DNA of 64,000 nucleotides from an uncultured Bryobacterales bacterium (GTDB lineage Bacteria; Acidobacteriota; Terriglobia; Bryobacterales; UBA6623): NCBI GenBank assembly GCA_958295955.1, contig OY282420.1, positions 726,236 to 790,235 of the forward strand, read 5' to 3'. Shown piece by piece: positions 58,488 to 64,000 of this stretch (position 1 is its first letter; each line of letters starts with the position of its first letter). The notes under the pieces were generated by a model. It saw only the letters and a program-made list of their open reading frames with translations, ran no database searches and was not told where the DNA came from. The position numbers and the translations under genes were made by a program.

Positions 58488-59765
58488 ATGCGCATCCAGA
58501 AACTCGTCCGCATCCGGCAAAACTTCCCCGACCGCCGCTTGGCCGACGTCGCAGCCGCCGTTCGCGGCGAAATGGAAGCCGCCGACTGGGCCAATCGGGT
58601 TGCGCGCGGCAGCCGCATCGCGGTCGGCGTCGGCAGCCGCGGCATTGGCAACATCGCGATCATCGTCAAGGCGGTCGTGGATTACTGGCAGTCCCGCGGC
58701 GTCAGCCCGTTCCTCGTTCCCGTGATGGGCAGCCACGGCGCGGCCACGGCGGAAGGCCAAGCCGCCGTTCTCGCGCACTACGGCATTACCGAGGCGGCGA
58801 TGGGCGCTCCGGTGGTGAGCTCGCTCGACGTCGTCAACATCGGGCGCACCGGCGAAGGCATCGACGTCTCGATGGACCGCAACGCCTTCGAGAGCGACGG
58901 CGTCATGCTCTGCGGCCGCGTCAAGTGGCACACGGACTTCGAAGGCGCGCTCGAGAGCGGCATTCACAAAATGATGGCCATCGGCCTGGGCAAGTGGGAA
59001 GGCGCCAAGCGCTACCACTGCTGGGCGCTGCGCATCGGCATGGAAGCGGTCATCCGGCGCGTCGGCGAAGTTGTCATGAATACCGGCAAGATGCTCGGCG
59101 GCCTGGCTATTTTGGAGGACGCGCACCACAACACGGCGGAAGTGCGCGCGCTCGGCGTCGCAGGCATGGCCGAGCGCGAAGCCGAGTTGCTCGCCCGCGT
59201 GAAATCCTGGAAAGCGAACATTCCCGTCGAACAGTTGGATTTTTTGATTCTCGATGAGATCGGCAAAGAGATCAGCGGCGCCGGAATGGACACCAAGGTT
59301 GTCAACCGTTCGGTGAACCTCGGCCCCAATTGCTGGAGCGGCGTCCCCCATATCGGCCGCATTTTTATCCGCGGATTGTCCGCTTTGAGTTACGGAAACG
59401 CGGTCGGCATGGGCATGGCCGACGTCGCCAACGACCGGCTGCTCGAGAACCTGAACATGGAGGCGACTTGGGTGAACAGCCTCACCGCTTCCACTACGCA
59501 GCCGGCGTTCACGCCGATCCATTTTCCGACCGACAAGCAATGCATCGAGCGCGTGCTGCCCACCTGCGGGCGTCTCGACACGCGCGATTGCTCGCTTGCC
59601 TGGATCCGCAACACGATGCGGTTGGGCGACCTCATGGTCAGCGAAAACCTGCTGCCCGAGTTGCGCCGCAATCCCGCCATCGAGATCTGCGGCGAGACTC
59701 GAGACCTGCCCTTCGACGACGAGGGCAATCTCGTCGGCGTGTTCGCCGCCGCGGCGATGCGCTGA
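58488..59765 (+). CDS. LarA-like / DUF2088 (lactate racemase N-terminal domain) family protein
   Basis: This is the in-frame Met MRIQKLVRIRQ inside composite track ORF 56481..59765. Motifs recalled from this family are IAVGVGSRGI, VPVMGSHGAATAEGQ, VKWHTDF and IGLGKWEGA. Confidence 0.65.
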   Translation: MRIQKLVRIRQNFPDRRLADVAAAVRGEMEAADWANRVARGSRIAVGVGSRGIGNIAIIVKAVVDYWQSRGVSPFLVPVMGSHGAATAEGQAAVLAHYGITEAAMGAPVVSSLDVVNIGRTGEGIDVSMDRNAFESDGVMLCGRVKWHTDFEGALESGIHKMMAIGLGKWEGAKRYHCWALRIGMEAVIRRVGEVVMNTGKMLGGLAILEDAHHNTAEVRALGVAGMAEREAELLARVKSWKANIPVEQLDFLILDEIGKEISGAGMDTKVVNRSVNLGPNCWSGVPHIGRIFIRGLSALSYGNAVGMGMADVANDRLLENLNMEATWVNSLTASTTQPAFTPIHFPTDKQCIERVLPTCGRLDTRDCSLAWIRNTMRLGDLMVSENLLPELRRNPAIEICGETRDLPFDDEGNLVGVFAAAAMR

Positions 59766-59798
59766 GCGCCGGGCGGAATCGGTTTCAACTACAGACTC

Positions 59799-60662
59799 AT
59801 GGACTTATTCCAAGTCGTGATCCTGGCCCTGGTTCAGGCGTTGACCGAATTTCTTCCGGTCAGCAGCACCGCCCATCTCGTGCTCGTGCCCTGGCTGCTG
59901 GACTGGCAGGATTTCGGCTTGCTCTTCGATGTCGCGCTGCACGCCGGGACGCTGCTGGCGGTGCTGGTCTATTTCGCCAAGACCTGGCTCCGCTTGCTCG
60001 GATTGGCGGCAGGCCGGCGCGTGCTCGTTCCGCAAGGCGGCCACCCGGACGCAAGCCTCTACGAGAATCCGCGGCTCTTCGCCTACCTGGCGGCAGCCAC
60101 GGTTCCGGCGGCCGTTGCCGGGTTCGCCTTGAAGAGCACGGTGGAAACGACCTTGCGCAGTCCGCTTGTGATCGGCGTCATGCTGATTGCCGTGGGTCTT
60201 TGCATCGGATGGGTCGAGCGCCGCGGCGCGGGGCGGGGCGGTCTGGACTCGCTCGCCTTCCGCGACGTCATGCTCATCGGCTTTGCTCAGGCGCTGGCCC
60301 TCGTACCCGGCACTTCCCGCTCGGGCGCCACCATCGCGGCAGGGCTGCTGCTGGGCATGAGCCGGACCGCTGCGGCGCGGTTTTCGTTTCTGCTCTCGAG
60401 CCCCGTCATCCTCGGCGCAGCGCTGAAAACCGCCTACGATGCGCTGCAGGAAGACACCCTGACAACTGAGAGCATGCTGCTGCCGGCGGTCGGCATCCTC
60501 GTCAGCGCAGCCGCCGGATATGCCGTGATCGCGGTCTTCTTGAAATACCTGCAGACTTCAACCCTGACCCCGTTCGTGTATTACCGCGTGGCGTTTGGCA
60601 TACTGGTCATAGTTCTTGCGTATTCTTCCGCTTCGCTCCCGGCAGCTTTTTCGGCTGAGTAA
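59799..60662 (+). CDS. uppP: Undecaprenyl-diphosphate phosphatase
   Basis: It has the N-terminal motif ALVQALTEFLPVSSTAHL, then PGTSRSGATI, and is multi-TM. Confidence 0.9.
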   Translation: MDLFQVVILALVQALTEFLPVSSTAHLVLVPWLLDWQDFGLLFDVALHAGTLLAVLVYFAKTWLRLLGLAAGRRVLVPQGGHPDASLYENPRLFAYLAAATVPAAVAGFALKSTVETTLRSPLVIGVMLIAVGLCIGWVERRGAGRGGLDSLAFRDVMLIGFAQALALVPGTSRSGATIAAGLLLGMSRTAAARFSFLLSSPVILGAALKTAYDALQEDTLTTESMLLPAVGILVSAAAGYAVIAVFLKYLQTSTLTPFVYYRVAFGILVIVLAYSSASLPAAFSAE

Positions 60663-60676
60663 GAGCGAGGGGAGCG

Positions 60677-63058
60677 ATGAAAAAACTCCTGGCCGAAAAC
60701 CCGCGCTTCAAGGAACCGCTAGGGTTTTTGTTGATTCTTGCGGCGGTCGGGCTGGCGTTGAGCCTTGCCTCGTACTCGCCTCTCGATCCCTCCCTCAGCG
60801 TTGCTTCCGCCGACCCGACCGCGCGCAATCTTGTCGGCCTGCCCGGCGCCTACCTGGCCGACTTCGCGCTGCAACTCTTCGGACTCGCCGCATTTCTGTT
60901 GCCCGTCGGGCTGACGATCGCCGGCCGGCGCTGGCTGCGCTCGATCGAGACCCGTTCCCCGGCAATGCGGTTCTGCGGCATCGTGCTGTTCGGCACCGCG
61001 GTCTGCGACGCCCTGTCGCTGCTGCCGCTCGGAACCTTCTGGGACGGCGCGGTTCTGCCGGGCGGAGTCGTGGGCGCGGTATTAGCCGAGCAGTCTCTGG
61101 CCGTGCTCAATATCGGCGGCTCCGTGCTGCTGCTGCTGGCCGCCGCGGCCGTATCGCTCTACCTCATGACGACTTTCCACCTCGGAGCCGCGGCCGAGAA
61201 CTTCAAGAAAGCGCAAGAAAAATTCAAGGCTGCCCGCGCCGCGAAGCCCTCCGCCCCGGAAGCGGTCGAGCCGGAATCCCCCGCGTTGGAAGCCCCCACG
61301 TTGGAAGCCGACGCGCCGGAGGCAGCCGTTCCCGGAACCCTACCGGGATTTGAGGATGCCGATGCAGAAGCGCACGCCGATGAGTCGGCCGAGGACGCCG
61401 GCGCCAACGAAGACCTGCCGCCGATCGTTCCCTACGAGAACGGGAGCGATGAGGCGGACGCAAGCGAAAGTTTCGAGCAAAATCCTGACGACGGCCCGAA
61501 CGCCGGAGAGGGAGACGCGGAACAGCCGCCGTGGGACGAAGAGCCCGCGGAGGCTGAAACCGACGACAGCCCGGAGGAACCCCCGGAACCCGTTTCCTAC
61601 ACGATTCCCTCCACCGCGCTGCTCAACCCTCCCTTCGAGAAGGAGGCGTACAACCCCAACCAGTTGCACGAAGTCTCGCGTCAGATCGTCGAAAAGTTCG
61701 ACGAGTTCGGGGTACGCGGTTCCGTAACGCAGATCAACCCCGGTCCGGTGGTGACGACGTTCGAGTTCAAGCCCGACCGCGGCGTCAAGCTCAGCAAGGT
61801 AATCAACCTTTCCGAAGACCTTTGCCTCGCTCTCGAATGCGAGTCGATCCTTGTCGAACGCATTCCCGGCAAATCGACGGTGGGCATCGAAGTGCCCAAC
61901 AAGCACCGCGAAATCATCGGCCTGAAAGAAATGCTGGATTCCCCGGACTTCCGCGATTCGAAGTCGATTCTTACCGTCGCGCTCGGCAAGGACATCAACG
62001 GCAAGATTCACGTCGCCGACCTGACCAAGATGCCCCACGTGCTTGTCGCCGGCTCGACCGGCTCGGGCAAAAGCGTACTGATCAACTGCCTCATCATGTC
62101 GGTTCTGCTGCGCGCGACCCCCGACGACGTGCGCTTCGTCATGATCGACCCGAAGACCGTCGAGCTCGGTCTCTACTACGACATTCCCCATCTGCTGACG
62201 CCTGTCATCACCGACATGAAAAAGGCGACGAACGCCCTCAAGAACGCCACCCGCGAAATGGAGCGGCGCTTGAAGCTGCTCGCCGAGCACGGCGTGCGCA
62301 ATATCGATCAGTTCAACCGCAAGATCGAAAAAATGCAGCAGAACTACGCGCGCGGCAACCCCGAGCTCGCCGCCGAGTTGAAGCGTCTGCCGTACATCGT
62401 CGTGATCGTCGACGAGTTGGCCGACCTGATGATGCTCGAAGGGCGGGCCGTGGAAGAGTCGATCACGCGCCTGGCCCAAATGGCGCGGGCGGTCGGCATC
62501 CATCTGGTGCTGGCGACCCAGCGGCCGAGCGTGGACGTGATTACCGGCCTGATCAAGGCCAACGTGCCCGCGCGCATCTCGTTCCGGCTCGCGACCCGCG
62601 TCGATTCGCGCACCATCCTCGATTCCATAGGCGCCGAATCGTTGCTGGGCCGCGGCGACATGCTGTATCTGCCCCCTGGAACCGCGCGCATGCGCCGTCT
62701 GCACGGGCCGTGGGTTACCGAGGACGAGACGCAAGCCGTCGTCAACGAATGGAAGCAGCAATCCAGTCCCGATTACGAAAACGAATACCTGACGGCGCCC
62801 GACGAAGAACAGGAAGACTCGCCCGACAACAATGCGGACTTCGACGATCCCGTTTACGAAGACGCCCTCCGTCTGGTGCTCGAGCAAGGCAAGGCTTCGA
62901 CTTCGATCTTGCAGCGGCGGCTGCGCGTCGGGTACGGGCGCGCGGCCAGAATCCTCGATGCGATGGAGCGCGACGGAGTAATCGGGCCCAGCGACGGCAG
63001 CCGCCCGCGCGAAGTGTTGAAGCGCCCGGACTGGTTGGCGGAAACGGAAAACCGCTAG
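60677..63058 (+). CDS. ftsK: DNA translocase FtsK
   Basis: It has N-terminal TM segments, an acidic linker, the motor with Walker A GSTGSGKS, Walker B IVVIVDELADLMM, and a gamma domain (ILQRRLRVGYGRAARILDAME). Confidence 0.95.
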   Translation: MKKLLAENPRFKEPLGFLLILAAVGLALSLASYSPLDPSLSVASADPTARNLVGLPGAYLADFALQLFGLAAFLLPVGLTIAGRRWLRSIETRSPAMRFCGIVLFGTAVCDALSLLPLGTFWDGAVLPGGVVGAVLAEQSLAVLNIGGSVLLLLAAAAVSLYLMTTFHLGAAAENFKKAQEKFKAARAAKPSAPEAVEPESPALEAPTLEADAPEAAVPGTLPGFEDADAEAHADESAEDAGANEDLPPIVPYENGSDEADASESFEQNPDDGPNAGEGDAEQPPWDEEPAEAETDDSPEEPPEPVSYTIPSTALLNPPFEKEAYNPNQLHEVSRQIVEKFDEFGVRGSVTQINPGPVVTTFEFKPDRGVKLSKVINLSEDLCLALECESILVERIPGKSTVGIEVPNKHREIIGLKEMLDSPDFRDSKSILTVALGKDINGKIHVADLTKMPHVLVAGSTGSGKSVLINCLIMSVLLRATPDDVRFVMIDPKTVELGLYYDIPHLLTPVITDMKKATNALKNATREMERRLKLLAEHGVRNIDQFNRKIEKMQQNYARGNPELAAELKRLPYIVVIVDELADLMMLEGRAVEESITRLAQMARAVGIHLVLATQRPSVDVITGLIKANVPARISFRLATRVDSRTILDSIGAESLLGRGDMLYLPPGTARMRRLHGPWVTEDETQAVVNEWKQQSSPDYENEYLTAPDEEQEDSPDNNADFDDPVYEDALRLVLEQGKASTSILQRRLRVGYGRAARILDAMERDGVIGPSDGSRPREVLKRPDWLAETENR

Positions 63059-63128
63059 CAGCACGTGGCGAAAGCGGCTTGGGCGGGCTGCTCCCCGCCG
63101 AGACGGCGGCGGCTTGGCGAGAACCTCG

Positions 63129-63379
63129 CTACACGGCGGCGGCGCGGAACGTGATGCGCCGGTTGCCGGTAACCCGCACCGTCCAAATTCCCTTGTCTCT
63201 CCCCGTCAACTCGTGCAGACGGAAACGCCGGCGGTCTCGAAGCTCTTGCAACGGTTGCCCACCGTGCAGGACCGCTAAAATATCTCGCTCTTGGGGAGTT
63301 GTCGGCGCTGTAGCCGGCACGCGTCTTGCTTCGCGAAGAACCGCTTGAGCGCCCTGCTCTTGAATCCCGTTATCGCCAC
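63129..63379 (-). pseudogene. HigB-like (RelE/ParE superfamily, plasmid-killer type) toxin remnant, frameshifted and C-terminally short, with no partner antitoxin
   Basis: Frame A from GTG 63379 reads VAITGFKSRALKRFFAKQDACRL... and stops at 63275. Frame B (track ORF 63129..63320) reads ...RDILAVLHGGQPLQELRDRRRFRLHELTGRDKGIWTVRVTGNRRITF. Together these match the HigB pattern. Only 70 bp separate it from the ftsK stop, leaving no room for higA. Confidence 0.5.
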
Positions 63380-63414
63380 AAGATTCCCGGCCGCGGGCTT
63401 GTCTGTATAAACCG

Positions 63415-64000
63415 TTAACCGGCTTTTTCCAGCAGGCCGACTCGCAAATCGTGGTCTTCGACCATCTTCCGCGTCACCACGAACTGCTTGACGCGCTTGA
63501 ACGACGGCAGGTAATACATCAGATCGAGCATCAACTCTTCCATAATCATGCGCAAGCCGCGGGCGCCCACTTTCCGCTCCAGAGCCATTTGCGCGATCGC
63601 TGCGAGAGCCTCCCGCTCGAACACCAACTCCACGCTCTCGTACTCGAACAGTTTTTGATACTGCTTGAGCAGCGAATTTTTCGGAGTCGTCAAAACCTCG
63701 ACCAACGCCGTTTCGTCAAGGTCGCCGAGAACCGCCATGACCGGCAGGCGGCCGACGAATTCGGGAATGAACCCGTGGCGGATGAGGTCCTGGGGCTGCG
63801 CCTGACCCAACAATCCCAAGTCCCGCTCCGCGCCGGACGCCTCCGGCGCTTCCCCCTCTTGTCCGCCGGCTTCGGCGGTGCGAAAGCCGATGACGCGCTC
63901 GTCCACGCGCCGGGCGATTACTTTTTCGAGCCCGACGAAGGCACCGCCGCAAATGAACAAAATGTTCGTCGTGTCCATGTGGGTGAACTCCTGGTGCGGA
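63415..64000 (-). CDS. clpX: ATP-dependent Clp protease ATP-binding subunit ClpX (C-terminal part; the N-terminus is beyond the window)
   Basis: It reads HQEFTHMDTTNILFICGGAFVGLEKV, IPEFVGRLPV and GARGLRMIMEELMLDLMY. The reading frame stays open to position 64000. Confidence 0.9.
   Translation of the reverse strand, partial: PHQEFTHMDTTNILFICGGAFVGLEKVIARRVDERVIGFRTAEAGGQEGEAPEASGAERDLGLLGQAQPQDLIRHGFIPEFVGRLPVMAVLGDLDETALVEVLTTPKNSLLKQYQKLFEYESVELVFEREALAAIAQMALERKVGARGLRMIMEELMLDLMYYLPSFKRVKQFVVTRKMVEDHDLRVGLLEKAG

Overview
This is a very GC-rich bacterial chromosomal window (judged by eye, not computed). The gene content resembles Acidobacteriota- or Planctomycetota-like soil bacteria: a PSD1-type DUF1549/DUF1553 protein, four Cys-type sulfatases, two CarboxypepD_reg-type TonB-dependent receptors, PhoD, a PQQ dehydrogenase and a Ser/Thr kinase fused to a TolB-like propeller. 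Housekeeping genes are interleaved (ribF, thrB, rarA, tsaC, eno, uppP, ftsK, clpX, a PPi-type pfk). I recognised no rRNA, tRNA, cas, integrase or transposase genes. Many long ORFs in the track are antisense or out-of-frame shadows typical of high-GC DNA, and several track ORFs needed their starts trimmed.

Four things stand out.
1. An accessory-looking island at about 1.6-9.0 kb carries a class II Fic gene, an orphan type I hsdS with no hsdM/hsdR, and a 1327-aa protein. The Fic gene is preceded by three 40-bp tandem repeats, each with a palindrome and a stop-start junction. The 1327-aa protein has a HigA-type HTH fused to about 1250 aa I cannot assign, and it is driven by a near-consensus sigma70 promoter plus AGGAGG.
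2. Three separate loci (14266-14372, 34361-34479, 45410-45519) share the geometry of a perfect 36-38 bp direct repeat, a unique 34-45 bp insert, and the same repeat again. This is the footprint expected of a minimal CRISPR unit or of off-target Cas1-Cas2 spacer integration. One lies in-frame inside the kinase gene and one duplicates the start of an RraA-like gene.
3. An AT-rich islet of about 0.8 kb between thrB and rarA holds a frameshifted R-S-E ADP-ribosyltransferase toxin domain followed by a small intact ORF, possibly an immunity or antitoxin gene.
4. There are scattered gene remnants: a frameshifted orphan HigB-like toxin and a truncated AAA ATPase.

All functional calls rest on motif recognition in the supplied translations and my own hand translations. 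No database search was run.
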